DNA from: an uncultured bacterium
GTDB lineage: Bacteria; Margulisbacteria; WOR-1; JAKLHX01
Reading direction: 5' to 3'
NCBI GenBank assembly: GCA_937950635.1
Contig: CALFCX010000161.1
Coordinates: 1 to 50,202, forward strand
Length of the DNA: 50,202 nucleotides
Below the pieces are notes generated by a model, which was given only the letters and a program-made list of their open reading frames with translations, had not been told where the DNA came from and searched no databases. Each line of letters begins with the position of its first letter. Position 1 is the stretch's first letter. Position numbers and translations under genes: made by a program. Positions 26,096 through 36,101 of the stretch are shown here, one piece after another.

Positions 26096-28527
26096 TTAAA
26101 AATGGCTATCTTTCCGCCTCCGATACTTCTGTTCCCCTGCACAACCTTATATATGTATACGCCGTTGCCTAGAATATCGCCCCAGGAAGTTCTTCCGTCA
26201 TACGTCACGCTGTTGACGCCTTCAGACCCTCCCGGAGTTCCGGCTGAGAAAGATTGTTTCCAGAGCACGCTCCCGGAAAGATCAAGCAAATATATTGTCG
26301 TATCGCTGTCGGTATCTGAGTGGTACCAGAACGTTCCGCTTCCCGTTCTCGGATCGAAGGGATTTGGCCCGAATCTTACCAGGGTTGCGGGAGTAGAAGC
26401 AAGCACCACCACGGACCCGGTCCCCGATGCGACATCGGCGCCATAGGTAAAGTACAGCGTCCTTGATCCGGCCCTATCAAGCGTGATGTTCCCTGTCCAT
26501 ACGCCGGAAACATATTCTCCTGGATCTATGCTCGATGGGCTGACCGACCCTGCATCCGCGGTTATGTGCGTAGTAACATACGAAACAGGGATAATATTTC
26601 CCGCAGAATCCTTTATGGAAACGGATACGCTGAAGGCGGAACCTGAGACCACTTTTGTCGAAGGCATTGTGACATCCAGGTGATGGACGGTCGAAGCGAT
26701 TATAGAGGTTTCTTTGGTCGCTGAGAACTCGGAGGTGTTGCCGCTGGGGTCGGTTTGAGTTGCCGTCACGCAATCTCCGGCGGACATCCCAGAGTCAGTT
26801 CCCACAATCCCGCTCCAGTTTCCGGAAGCGTCCGCGTTCAGTGTTCCGCAGTAATATCTGCCTTGCCCTCCGGACGCTCTAAATATCTCTACGGCAGCCA
26901 TAGGAACTGCGGAAGTCCCTGAAATAGTAACGGAAACGCCGTCGCTGGAGACTGAAGATATCGATGCTGTCCCTATGCCGGAATTCGCCCCATCCTTCAA
27001 TCTTATACCGATCACTCCGTTCGCATATATGGAATTTCTTGATATTGTATTAAAATCGGTTCCTATTGCTTCAATAGAAATCCCTGCAATGGTATTGTTC
27101 GCTATAGTATTAGATCCTCCTGCGGTCCCGTCCCCTATTCGAAAGTATTTTGCCTCGCTAGTCATATATATGCCTATGGCATTTCCAAGAGGGGAATACC
27201 CGTCAGATGCAACCCCTATAAGATTTCCGAGTATCTCTGCGCTTGTTACTCCCGGATTTTGTATTACTCCAATCCCGCAAACAAGAGTGGTAGGAAGAAG
27301 GGTAGAAGCTTCAGTATTCCCTGATATTAAATTCCCCTGGCCCGGTGAACTGCCTCCGATCTTTGCATACTTAACGGGTCCGACCATTAGTATATTCCCG
27401 ATTCCGTTGCCAAGCGCGGTCGTCCCTGTAACATCGGTGCCGAAATAATTGCCGTAAACAGTGGTAGATTCGACCGTTATATAAGCCATAGGCCCGTATA
27501 TCAACAACCCTGCAACCATATTTCCGGAAACTATATTCCTGCCGGCGGGGGTTCCATTTCCTATTTGAGTGTTTTTGTTATACCCCACTACTGTTATGCC
27601 TACCGAATTGGGCAATGATCTTGTCCCTGAAATATTCGTCCCGACAAAATTGCCATATATGTAGGTGCCGTCGGAAGGAAATTGAGAAAAGACTGCGATC
27701 CCTCCTATAGTCTCATCAAGCATACAACCGGAAACGACATTACCTTCTCCCGGGTTCAGCCCGCCAACAATATTGCCATTCCCGCCTACCAAAACTATCC
27801 CTCCTCCGTTCCGGAACGATCCTTCACCGGATGCCGTAATTCCTACATAGTTGCCTTTTATCGTGTTGTTACCGCCCAGAAGGGTCGCAATATTATATAC
27901 TCTCGCTCCGGAGATTATGTTCCTCTCGGAAGCGCTGGATCCGCCTACTATATTACCCTCAGATGATAGGACCACCCCTGCTTCGCAAATATTTGAAGTA
28001 AGCCCCTCTCCGGTAACGCTTATTCCCGTATAATTGCCGGATATCCTGGTATTGCTGCCGTTGGTCCATATACAGATAGTTTTGGTATTTATGCAGAATC
28101 CTTTTATGGTATTGCCGGAACCTTCAATGGTGATAGCGTCAGAAAACGGGGCAACTATTTCAACAACCGGACCGCCACCAGGGTTTATCGCGTCAGAAGT
28201 GGTGCACGTCGTCGCGTCTATCAAAAGGTTGTTCTTGTTTATTGTGATCTCGGACCCAAGAACTATCCTGAACCATTTGTATCCCGGTGTTTCGTTATTC
28301 ACCCATCCCGAAAAGCCCTCTCCGGTCGACGGCCCTTCGGTCGGCAAAAGGGTGGCAAAAGATATGGTATCGCCGTCATTAGCATCAGCCAGCGCCTGGC
28401 GGAGTGTGCCTGGCCCCCAATCTTGTACGCTTGTAACATATCGAGTTGCGGCAAGGGACGCCGTACCCATGGCAATAACGGAGATCACAGCAATAAAAAA
28501 AGCGGTTGTTTTTTTCGTATATTTCAA
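26092..28527 (-). CDS. Secreted right-handed parallel beta-helix repeat protein with Ig-like domains and a T9SS-type (FlgD-Ig-like) C-terminal sorting domain
   Basis: N-terminus after TTG 28527 reads MKYTKKTTAFFIAVISVIAMGTASLAA (signal peptide). LRQALADANDGDTISF motif, five GN[YFL].G...G repeats, GNTSEFS motif. C-terminal PNPFDP...IYLLDLSGSVLW...VTYDG...GNGVYIYKV...GKIAIFK. The ORF track start is 28572. Confidence 0.7.
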   Translation of the reverse strand: MKYTKKTTAFFIAVISVIAMGTASLAATRYVTSVQDWGPGTLRQALADANDGDTISFATLLPTEGPSTGEGFSGWVNNETPGYKWFRIVLGSEITINKNNLLIDATTCTTSDAINPGGGPVVEIVAPFSDAITIEGSGNTIKGFCINTKTICIWTNGSNTRISGNYTGISVTGEGLTSNICEAGVVLSSEGNIVGGSSASERNIISGARVYNIATLLGGNNTIKGNYVGITASGEGSFRNGGGIVLVGGNGNIVGGLNPGEGNVVSGCMLDETIGGIAVFSQFPSDGTYIYGNFVGTNISGTRSLPNSVGITVVGYNKNTQIGNGTPAGRNIVSGNMVAGLLIYGPMAYITVESTTVYGNYFGTDVTGTTALGNGIGNILMVGPVKYAKIGGSSPGQGNLISGNTEASTLLPTTLVCGIGVIQNPGVTSAEILGNLIGVASDGYSPLGNAIGIYMTSEAKYFRIGDGTAGGSNTIANNTIAGISIEAIGTDFNTISRNSIYANGVIGIRLKDGANSGIGTASISSVSSDGVSVTISGTSAVPMAAVEIFRASGGQGRYYCGTLNADASGNWSGIVGTDSGMSAGDCVTATQTDPSGNTSEFSATKETSIIASTVHHLDVTMPSTKVVSGSAFSVSVSIKDSAGNIIPVSYVTTHITADAGSVSPSSIDPGEYVSGVWTGNITLDRAGSRTLYFTYGADVASGTGSVVVLASTPATLVRFGPNPFDPRTGSGTFWYHSDTDSDTTIYLLDLSGSVLWKQSFSAGTPGGSEGVNSVTYDGRTSWGDILGNGVYIYKVVQGNRSIGGGKIAIFK

Positions 28528-28537
28528 CTTACTGAGA

Positions 28538-28546
28538 ATTATCGCA
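28538..28546 (-). promoter_or_regulatory. Possible extended -10 promoter TGCGATAAT, 10 nt upstream of the TTG 28527 start of the beta-helix gene
   Basis: Minus strand reads TGCGATAAT tctcagtaag TTG. It lies just downstream of the ychF stop. It is meaningful only if TTG 28527 is the true start. Confidence 0.3.
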
Positions 28547-28561
28547 TGAATATCGATTTTG

Positions 28562-29662
28562 TCAACAAACATTGAACCTGATAGTTACAACGTCGCCGTC
28601 TTTTACCTCATAATTCTTGCCTTCGAGCCGGACCAGCCCTTTTTCTTTGGCGTCGTGATAGTTTCCTGTTTTGATAAGAACTCCGGCCTCTATCACTTCG
28701 GCGCTGATGAAGCCCTTTTCCATATCGCTGTGCACCCGCCCCGCGGCCGAAGGTAATTTTGTCCCCTGCTCCAGCGGCCAGGCCCTTGTTTCATTCTCGT
28801 TAGCGGTAAAAAATGTTATAAGGCCGAGGGCTTTGTACCCGGCATTGATAAGTTCTGGAAGTTTCGAGGTTCCCATACCGATGTCTTTCAGGTAAATGTC
28901 TGCCTCGGCCTTCTCAAGGCCGAAGATCTCCGACTCAAGCTTTGAACAAATAACAACATAAGGAGCTCCGCACTTTTTCGCCGCATCTGCCAGTTCCGGA
29001 ACGCAGTCGTTCTTCCCTTCCGAAAAATGGTTCTCACCGACGTTAGCAACAAATATCTGCGGTTTCATCGAAAGAAGAAAAAGAGGTCCCAATAAAGTTT
29101 TTTCTTCGTGTGAAAGCTGTGCCGTGTTCACAGAAAAGCCTTTTTCCACCTGCAGCTTAATTTTTTCGACCAGCTTCAGATATTCTTTAGCCTTTTTATC
29201 TCCTGTTTTCGCTTCTTTCTGCGCTTCCGACTCTTTTTTTTCAATGGTTTTCAGGTCTGCGAGAAGTATTTCCGAATTTATTATATCTATATCTCTTGCC
29301 GGGTCCGGGGCACCTTCGACGTGTACTATCGAACCGTCATCAAAACATCTGACCACGTGCGCTATAGCGTCAACTCCCCTGATATTGGCCAGGAACTGGT
29401 TGCCCAGACCCTCGCCTTTGCTCGCCCCCTTGACAAGACCGGCAATATCCACGAATTCTATTGCGGCTTCGGTGGTTTTTTTAGATCTCATCATCTGCGA
29501 TATCTTAGAGGTCCTTTCATCCCGGACCTCTACTATGCCTATGTTAGGGTCTATGGTCGTAAAAGGGTAATTGGAAACCGCGGCGGACAGTTTTGTGAGG
29601 GCATTGAACAGCGTTGATTTTCCCACATTGGGCAGGCCTACTATCCCGACCTTCAGCGGCAT
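28562..29662 (-). CDS. ychF: Ribosome-binding ATPase YchF
   Basis: 366 aa. G1 motif GIVGLPNVGKSTLFNALT, a coiled-coil insert and the C-terminal TGS domain (RAWPLEQGTKLPSAAGRVHSDMEKGFI). Confidence 0.9.
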   Translation of the reverse strand: MPLKVGIVGLPNVGKSTLFNALTKLSAAVSNYPFTTIDPNIGIVEVRDERTSKISQMMRSKKTTEAAIEFVDIAGLVKGASKGEGLGNQFLANIRGVDAIAHVVRCFDDGSIVHVEGAPDPARDIDIINSEILLADLKTIEKKESEAQKEAKTGDKKAKEYLKLVEKIKLQVEKGFSVNTAQLSHEEKTLLGPLFLLSMKPQIFVANVGENHFSEGKNDCVPELADAAKKCGAPYVVICSKLESEIFGLEKAEADIYLKDIGMGTSKLPELINAGYKALGLITFFTANENETRAWPLEQGTKLPSAAGRVHSDMEKGFISAEVIEAGVLIKTGNYHDAKEKGLVRLEGKNYEVKDGDVVTIRFNVC

Positions 29663-30486
29663 TTTACTATTCTAAGCGAAAGGTCCAGGGCTTTAGGGGA
29701 ATGCGTCAGGGCCCCGACAGAGATAAAATCGACGCCGGTCTTGGCAACGGCCCTTATATTTTTAAGTGTTACATTCCCTGAAGCTTCGAGGGTTATTTTC
29801 CTGCGAAGTTTTTTTGCAAGCGAACGAGCCCGGGCCACGGATATTTTTAACTCCTTCACGTTCATATTGTCGAGCAATATCCTGTCGGCTCCTGCAATAA
29901 CAGCCTTATCAAGTTCTTTTGCGTTCTTTACCTCTATTTCTATCGGACCGCCTTTTTTAGCTGCCTTTACCGCGCGTTCAATATCGGGCTCCACGCAAAG
30001 GTGGTTGTCCTTTATAAGCACCGCATCGAAAAGACCGAACCTGTGATTGTAACAACCGCCGGATCTTACGGCTTTTTTTTCTAAAAGCCTCCACAACGGA
30101 GTGGTCTTTCTGGTATCCAGGACTTTTGCTTTGGTCCCTTTTACAAGATCGGAATATTTTTTCGCAGCGCCGGCTATACCGGAAAGTCTTTGCATAAAAT
30201 TCAGCGCCAAACGTTCTCCGGAAAGGACCGCTCTGGCCGGCCCTTTGATGCGGGCTACCACATCCCCTTTTTTCACGGCCGCGCCGTCTTTTTTCGACGG
30301 AACGAACCTGACCCGCTTGTCTATACAAGAGAAAACCTCTTTAGCAACCAGAAGCCCAGATATAATTCCGCTCTCTTTGGATATTATCTCGGCCTCTGCA
30401 CGCAGATCTTTAGGGACCAGGAGTTTGGTAGTTATATCCCCTTTTCCAAGGTCTTCTTTTACGGCCTCAAAGATCAAGTTTTTCAT
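29653..30486 (-). CDS. nadC: Nicotinate-nucleotide pyrophosphorylase (quinolinate phosphoribosyltransferase)
   Basis: 277 aa. DITT, ERLALNFMQRLSGIA, LDTRKTTP, LIKDNH, LDNM and SVGALTHS motifs. Confidence 0.88.
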   Translation of the reverse strand: MKNLIFEAVKEDLGKGDITTKLLVPKDLRAEAEIISKESGIISGLLVAKEVFSCIDKRVRFVPSKKDGAAVKKGDVVARIKGPARAVLSGERLALNFMQRLSGIAGAAKKYSDLVKGTKAKVLDTRKTTPLWRLLEKKAVRSGGCYNHRFGLFDAVLIKDNHLCVEPDIERAVKAAKKGGPIEIEVKNAKELDKAVIAGADRILLDNMNVKELKISVARARSLAKKLRRKITLEASGNVTLKNIRAVAKTGVDFISVGALTHSPKALDLSLRIVKCR

Positions 30487-30498
30487 TGTTGTGCCTCT

Positions 30499-31314
30499 CT
30501 AGCGAAAGAACATAATGATGTAATAGTAGAGGATCGGCCCGGTGAATATGAAGCTGTCCATCCGGTCCAGGACCCCTCCATGCCCCGGAACTATATTGCT
30601 TGAGTCCTTTACTCCCGCATCCCTTTTTATAAGAGACTCAGAAAGATCGCTGAGCTGGCTTATTATCCCCACAAATCCTCCTATTACTAGGTAATGGACA
30701 ATATAGACGGGGTAAAAGGTTCGCTCATACAGCATGCCGAATACAACAGCCGCGATCAATGCGCCTAAAAACCCGGCAACCGCTCCTTCAACAGTTTTTT
30801 TCGGGCTTATATACGGGCTCAGCTGGCGCCTTCCCAGAATTTTACCTATAAAATATGCGGAGGTGTCCGCGGTCCAGATCATGAACATCAGCAGGAACAA
30901 GAATTCCCCGTTAACGGTCAAAGATCTCAAGAGCACAAGATAACTGAAAAGCCAGCCTATATACAGCACGCCCAAAAGCGTGATCGAAATATTCGCCGTG
31001 GCCTGCGCGCTCCTTTTTATGAATATCCCCGCACAAAAACTGCAGATCACAGCCGCAGTGAGAGTGGCGGCCGAAGCCGGCTCCCATGTCGGATGATTGA
31101 TCGTGTTGTAGGCGAGTATTATTATGGCCAGGCTGAAGATATTCCCCAGCGTGTAATACGGGTTAAAACCTTTTTTCTTCATGAGATTGTAAAACTCGTT
31201 TATGGACACGGTTGCAAGCAGCGCAACCAGGACAAAGAACCACACCCCCCCGAAATAAGTACAGGCAAAGATCGCCGGCACCGATACAAGCACGGTCAAG
31301 ATCCTTTCGATCAT
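30499..31314 (-). CDS. cdsA: Phosphatidate cytidylyltransferase
   Basis: 271 aa integral membrane protein. C-terminal signature SLIKRDAGVKDSSNIVPGHGGVLDRMDS. Confidence 0.9.
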   Translation of the reverse strand: MIERILTVLVSVPAIFACTYFGGVWFFVLVALLATVSINEFYNLMKKKGFNPYYTLGNIFSLAIIILAYNTINHPTWEPASAATLTAAVICSFCAGIFIKRSAQATANISITLLGVLYIGWLFSYLVLLRSLTVNGEFLFLLMFMIWTADTSAYFIGKILGRRQLSPYISPKKTVEGAVAGFLGALIAAVVFGMLYERTFYPVYIVHYLVIGGFVGIISQLSDLSESLIKRDAGVKDSSNIVPGHGGVLDRMDSFIFTGPILYYYIIMFFR

Positions 31315-31320
31315 TTCTTT

Positions 31321-32073
31321 TTACCTCCCGAATCTGCGCATTCTGTTGGAATAATCCCTTATCGCCGACAAAAACTCTTTTCTCCTGAAATCCGGGAAAT
31401 ATGTCTCGGTCACCATGATCTCTGTGTAGGCTATTTCCCATAGCAGAAAATTGCTTATTCTCATATCCCCTCCGGTACGGATCAAAAGGTCGGGATCGGG
31501 TATCCCGGCAAGATATGTATTCCCGGAAATAAGCTCCTCGTCTATTTTAAGATCTCCGTAAGATTTATAAAGTTCGGCGATCTTTTTCAGCGCGTCCACT
31601 ATTTCGGCCCGTCCGCCGTAATTGTACATGACCTGCAAATTAAGTGCGGAATTTTTGGCAGTAGCATCTTCTATTTCCCGGATCTTATCAAGACTGGTCT
31701 TTTCAACTTCCTGCATCCTGCCGAGGAACCGGACTTTCACGTTCTTCTCCGCGAGAGTCCGTATTTCGGTATTGATCGCCTCTACAAGAAGCCATTCGAG
31801 GTATTTCACCTCGTCCTTGGGCCTGAATTTGTTCTCCGTGGAAAAAGCATAGATCGTCAGATATTTTATGCCTGTTTCAAGACAGGTATTGTATATGTCC
31901 CGCAACGACTCAAGAGCATATTTATACCCTGCCACTTTGGGGAGCTTCCTTCTTTCGGCCCATCGGCGGTTGCCGTCCATTATCACGGCAACATGGCAGG
32001 GGACATTATCAATGTCTGAAGGTCTCTCTGGGGCCGCTGTTTTCTTTCCAAAGATCGTGGGGATGTTAATCAC
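31321..32073 (-). CDS. uppS: Undecaprenyl-diphosphate synthase (cis-isoprenyl transferase)
   Basis: 250 aa. HVAVIMDGNRRWA, LTIYAFSTEN and RTGGDMRISNFLLWEIAYTE motifs. Confidence 0.92.
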   Translation of the reverse strand: MINIPTIFGKKTAAPERPSDIDNVPCHVAVIMDGNRRWAERRKLPKVAGYKYALESLRDIYNTCLETGIKYLTIYAFSTENKFRPKDEVKYLEWLLVEAINTEIRTLAEKNVKVRFLGRMQEVEKTSLDKIREIEDATAKNSALNLQVMYNYGGRAEIVDALKKIAELYKSYGDLKIDEELISGNTYLAGIPDPDLLIRTGGDMRISNFLLWEIAYTEIMVTETYFPDFRRKEFLSAIRDYSNRMRRFGR

Positions 32074-32076
32074 GGG

Positions 32077-32631
32077 TCAAACTTCCATTACTTCTTTCTC
32101 TTTTGCCGCTACCAATTTATCTACGCCCGCGGTCTCATTGTCGGTAAGCTTTTGTATCTCCTGGTCAAGATGTTTCGCCTGGTCTTCGGTTATCTTTTTT
32201 GAATCTTTCTGTTTTTTTACCTCATCGATCGAATCCCTGCGGATATTCCTTATGGCAACTTTAGCGTCTTCCGAATGTTTTTTTATGGCTTTTACAAGGT
32301 CTTTCCTTCTTTCTTCGGTCATGGGCGGGAGAATGATCCTTATAAGCGTCCCTTCCACCTTTGGCATGGCCCCCAGATCGGCCTGCTGAAGGGCCTTATC
32401 TATGGCCGAAACGGAACCTTTGTCGAACGGCTGTATGGTTATCTGTTTAGACTCGGGAGTAGCTATGTTGGCGATCTGTTTCAACGGAACGGAGGACCCG
32501 TAATAATCCACGTGAACATTGTCCACCAGAGCCGGGTTCGCACGGCCGGTACGTATGGAAGAAAGCTCTTTTCTAAAGGCTTCCAGAGCTTTCCCCATCC
32601 TTTCCTGAGACTTTTTGATTATGTCGTCCAT
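32077..32631 (-). CDS. frr: Ribosome recycling factor
   Basis: 184 aa. LSSIRTGRANPALVD, ITIQPFD, IRIILPPMTEERRKDL and AKVAIRNIRRD motifs. Confidence 0.92.
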   Translation of the reverse strand: MDDIIKKSQERMGKALEAFRKELSSIRTGRANPALVDNVHVDYYGSSVPLKQIANIATPESKQITIQPFDKGSVSAIDKALQQADLGAMPKVEGTLIRIILPPMTEERRKDLVKAIKKHSEDAKVAIRNIRRDSIDEVKKQKDSKKITEDQAKHLDQEIQKLTDNETAGVDKLVAAKEKEVMEV

Positions 32632-32646
32632 AAAATACCCTCCGTT

Positions 32647-33354
32647 CTACTTTACGACTACCGTTCCGACAGGTTTGCCCTGAAGCGCAGATTCTATGTT
32701 CCCTTTTTTGGTGAGGTCCAAAACGATTATCGGGATCTCATTGTCCATACAAAGGGATACGGCCGTTGAATCCATGACCTTCAGTCTTTTTTTGAGTATC
32801 TGCATGTAGCTTACTCTCTTGTATCTTCGGGCTTTGGGGTTCTTCATTGGGTCTTCGGTATATATCCCGTCAACCTTGGTCGCTTTTAGTATGACATCGG
32901 CATTGATCTCCGCAGCCCTGAGGGCGGCTGTAGTGTCAGTAGTGAAATACGGATTGCCCGTCCCGCCGGCAAAGACGACCACGCGGCCTTTTTCCATATG
33001 CCTTATTGCCCGGCGTCTTATGTAAGGCTCGGCTATCGCGAACATCTCTATGGCGCTTAAGACCCTGCAGAAGATCCCAAGCTTCTCAAGCGCGTCCTGT
33101 ATGGCTAGAGCATTTATCACAGTGGCCAGCATGCCCATATAATCGCCCGTGGCTCTGTCGGTGCCGTTGCCCGATCCGCCTCTGAAGATATTCCCTCCGC
33201 CCACAACGATACCGAGCTCAACTTTGTGTTTTTTGAGTTTTTTGATCTCTTCGGCAAGCATACCCAGAACTTTGTGATCTATGCCCAATCCCTGTTTCCC
33301 GCCGATGAATTCACCGCTCAGCTTGAGGAGGACGCGTTTGTATTTGAGTTTCAT
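32647..33354 (-). CDS. pyrH: UMP kinase
   Basis: 235 aa. [57 protein letters not shown] and VDGIYTEDP motifs. Confidence 0.92.
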   Translation of the reverse strand: MKLKYKRVLLKLSGEFIGGKQGLGIDHKVLGMLAEEIKKLKKHKVELGIVVGGGNIFRGGSGNGTDRATGDYMGMLATVINALAIQDALEKLGIFCRVLSAIEMFAIAEPYIRRRAIRHMEKGRVVVFAGGTGNPYFTTDTTAALRAAEINADVILKATKVDGIYTEDPMKNPKARRYKRVSYMQILKKRLKVMDSTAVSLCMDNEIPIIVLDLTKKGNIESALQGKPVGTVVVK

Positions 33355-33365
33355 GAGTTTACAGG

Positions 33366-33395
33366 ATTATAACAAAGCTATATTAAGGGTGTCAA
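33366..33395 (-). promoter_or_regulatory. Consensus promoter TTGACA-18-TATAAT, 11 nt upstream of the pyrH ATG
   Basis: Minus strand reads TTGACA cccttaatatagctttgt TATAAT cctgtaaactc ATG. Both hexamers are perfect and there is no SD in the 11-nt gap. Confidence 0.5.
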
Positions 33396-33397
33396 AC

Positions 33398-34192
33398 CTA
33401 CGAATTCATCGGGTTGACCAGCGCCTCATAAGCCGCCCGCATTCCTGCCATATTTTTGAACCCTTTTTCTTGGCTCCCGAACCAAAAAGACCCCACAACG
33501 AACCATCTTGCCCCTGCGTCAAAAGGAGCTCTTATCGTATCTCCTGTTATGGCCCCGTCGGCCGCCAGAAGATTCGGAAAACCAAGAGACCGAAGTCTGG
33601 AAATATTGCAAAGACCTCTTTTATCAAATCCGCGCCCTCCGTCACCCGGAATGACCGTCATCGCCAGAGCAAAATCGGCAGCGGCCCCTATCTCTTGCGC
33701 CAGAAAAGGTCCTTCATTCGGATTTATCACGATACCGGCAGTTGATCCAACGTCCTTCATTGTAGACAGTGTTCCCCAAATCTGGTCAAAACAAAGCTTG
33801 TCCTGAATGAATGCCCCCAAATGAATGGACATAAAATCAGCAGCTCCTCCAAACGATTGGAGATATGAATTAAAAGGCTGATGTCCGCCAAGGGTGGAAG
33901 GCCTTACCATAAAATGGGCGTCGACAGGCAGTCCGACTTTGTCTTTGAGCTCCCTAGCCAGGTCCGGACAAAAAATATCCATATTCGAAGGTTTACCGCC
34001 GGTGTCAACATATCTCGGATCAAAAATATCCAGATGAAGGGTTGTTGCCCCGGCTTCTTTCGCCATTTGCGCCCTTTTGAAGAATTCAACCCTGTTCCCT
34101 GACCTGAGAAACGGAGAGAGCGTAGTTAAGGACGGGTTTATTATCGGGACAGCGCTTCGTTTGAAAGTTTCGCATAAGGATAGGCTTCTCAT
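33398..34192 (-). CDS. Divergent ribulose-phosphate 3-epimerase family (TIM barrel) protein
   Basis: 264 aa. RPE-like landmarks in order: INPSL, HLDIFD..YV, DAHFMV, MSIH, GIVINP, AMTVIPGDGGRGF, ADGAI, VVGSFWF. Longer and more diverged than canonical Rpe. SD GGAGAT precedes the ATG. Confidence 0.5.
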   Translation of the reverse strand: MRSLSLCETFKRSAVPIINPSLTTLSPFLRSGNRVEFFKRAQMAKEAGATTLHLDIFDPRYVDTGGKPSNMDIFCPDLARELKDKVGLPVDAHFMVRPSTLGGHQPFNSYLQSFGGAADFMSIHLGAFIQDKLCFDQIWGTLSTMKDVGSTAGIVINPNEGPFLAQEIGAAADFALAMTVIPGDGGRGFDKRGLCNISRLRSLGFPNLLAADGAITGDTIRAPFDAGARWFVVGSFWFGSQEKGFKNMAGMRAAYEALVNPMNS

Positions 34193-34267
34193 TTTTTGAT
34201 CTCCTCGTTTTTTTGCTGCTCAAATGGTTTCTCGAGCGATTTCGCAAAAAATTTCACCTTTTTTTCG

Positions 34268-34276
34268 TGATAAAAT
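34268..34276 (+). promoter_or_regulatory. Extended -10 promoter TGATAAAAT, 6 nt upstream of the mnmG GTG start
   Basis: Plus strand reads TGATAAAAT ttaaga GTG. An in-frame TAA lies 9 nt upstream of the GTG, so no earlier start is possible. No SD. Confidence 0.4.
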
Positions 34277-34282
34277 TTAAGA

Positions 34283-36070
34283 GTGGTAACCGCCAAAGAA
34301 TATACAAAAAAATACGATGTCATAGTCATCGGCGCCGGACATGCCGGCTGCGAGGCGGCGCTCGCTTCGGCCCGTCTCGGATGCGAGACTCTTTTGCTCA
34401 CGATGAACCTCGATACGATAGCCAATATGCCCTGCAATCCCGCCGTGGGAGGTCCGGCAAAAAGCCAGCTTGTAAGAGAGATCGACGCGCTCGGCGGAGA
34501 GATCGGAATAAATACCGATAAGACATTCCTCCAAATGAAGACTCTCAACACCGCCAAAGGCCCGGCGGTTCAATCTCTTAGAGCGCAATCCGATAAAAAA
34601 CTTTATCACATCGAGATGAAAAAAACGCTAGAAAACCAGCCGCATCTGGACCTTAAACAGGGGATCGTCGAAGAGATCCTTGGAAGCTCCGGAGGTATAG
34701 AAGGCGTTCGCACGAAACTGAACATGGTCTACTTCGGAAAAACCGTTGTGCTTGCTTCAGGAACTTTCCTGAACGGTATCATCCACGTCGGAATGGAGCA
34801 TATGGAAGCCGGCCGGGCAGGCGAATTTCCCGCAAAGGGCCTTTCGGAAAATCTAGCAAAGCTCGGGTTGAGGCTGGGACGCCTGAAAACCGGGACAACT
34901 CCGCGGCTTGACGCTAGGACAATAGATTTTTCAAAGATGGAGGTCCAACCCGGGGACGAACCACCGCAGATGTTCTCGTTCGTATGGGAATATAACGGGT
35001 ACGGACTTGAATACGGGGACAATCCGCAGGCCCGTTTAAAACAGCTTGATTGTTATCTTACGCATACGAACACCGAGACCCACAGGATAATAAAAGCCAA
35101 TCTTGACCGGTCCCCTCTTTTCAGCGGCAAAATAAAAGGCGTCGGCCCCAGGTATTGCCCTTCGATAGAGGATAAGGTAGTAAGATTCCCGGACAAGGCA
35201 AGGCATCAAGCCTTCATTGAGCCTGAAGGCAGGTCAACGAACGAGATATATACCCAGGGAATGGCGACAAGCCTTCCGGAAGACGTACAACTGGCATTTT
35301 TAAGGACTATGCCCGGACTTGAAAAGGCGGAAATAAGGCGCCCGGGGTACGCTGTCGAATACGATTTCGTTCCGCCGGAACAGATAAAACATTCCCTGGA
35401 GTGTAAAAATGTTCCCGGGCTCTTTCTGGCAGGGCAAATAAACGGAACATCAGGATACGAAGAAGCGGCGGCACAGGGATTGATCGCCGGGATAAATGCG
35501 GCCAGGAGAGTAAAAGGGCTGGTCCCTTTCATACTGGGAAGGGACGATTCGTATATAGGCACTCTTATAGACGATCTGGCCACAAAAGAGATCAACGAGC
35601 CTTACAGAATGCTGACATCCAGATCTGAATACCGACTTCTGCTGAGGCAGGACAATGCAGATCTGCGGCTAACGGAAAAAGGTTTTGATATAGGGCTTAT
35701 AACCAAAGAGAGGTTCGGCTGCTTCCTGAAAAAGAGGGCAGCCGTGGAATCAATGGATGCTTCTTTCTCGGAGGCAGCTGCGCGGCAGATAGAGATACAG
35801 AACAAATACCGCGGATACATAGAGCGGCAGATAAGGCAGGTGGAAAAATTCCGTGAGCTTGAGAACATGCGCCTCCCCCAAGATCTTTCTTTCGTTTCGA
35901 TCAGCGGCATCTCATCAGAAGCCCGTCAGAAACTTGACAAGCTGCGGCCCGTTTCCATAGGCCACGCGTCAAGGATAGCCGGCATATCTCCGGCGGATAT
36001 TTCGGTGCTCATGATACACCTTGAGGCTTTAAGGCGCAGGTCGTCCGCAAAAAACCTCCGTGTGCTATAA
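34283..36070 (+). CDS. mnmG: tRNA uridine-5-carboxymethylaminomethyl modification enzyme MnmG (GidA)
   Basis: 595 aa. FAD motif [57 protein letters not shown] and a C-terminal helical domain. Confidence 0.93.
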   Translation: MVTAKEYTKKYDVIVIGAGHAGCEAALASARLGCETLLLTMNLDTIANMPCNPAVGGPAKSQLVREIDALGGEIGINTDKTFLQMKTLNTAKGPAVQSLRAQSDKKLYHIEMKKTLENQPHLDLKQGIVEEILGSSGGIEGVRTKLNMVYFGKTVVLASGTFLNGIIHVGMEHMEAGRAGEFPAKGLSENLAKLGLRLGRLKTGTTPRLDARTIDFSKMEVQPGDEPPQMFSFVWEYNGYGLEYGDNPQARLKQLDCYLTHTNTETHRIIKANLDRSPLFSGKIKGVGPRYCPSIEDKVVRFPDKARHQAFIEPEGRSTNEIYTQGMATSLPEDVQLAFLRTMPGLEKAEIRRPGYAVEYDFVPPEQIKHSLECKNVPGLFLAGQINGTSGYEEAAAQGLIAGINAARRVKGLVPFILGRDDSYIGTLIDDLATKEINEPYRMLTSRSEYRLLLRQDNADLRLTEKGFDIGLITKERFGCFLKKRAAVESMDASFSEAAARQIEIQNKYRGYIERQIRQVEKFRELENMRLPQDLSFVSISGISSEARQKLDKLRPVSIGHASRIAGISPADISVLMIHLEALRRRSSAKNLRVL

Positions 36071-36071
36071 T
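36063..36071 (+). promoter_or_regulatory. Extended -10 promoter TGCTATAAT overlapping the mnmG stop, upstream of skp (leadered)
   Basis: TGCTATAAT is followed by a 30-nt leader with the AGAGGGGG SD before the skp ATG at 36102. Confidence 0.35.
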
Positions 36072-36101
36072 TGACTAAAAAAATAAGAGGGGGTACCGTT
36101 T

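Noticed and set aside
26800-28200. Apparent repetitiveness in the beta-helix gene, considered as a DNA tandem repeat or contingency locus.
   Set aside because: The repetition is at the protein-motif level (GN[YFL].G...G turns) with diverged nucleotide sequence. I saw no exact DNA repeats, homopolymer tracts or phase-variation signals.
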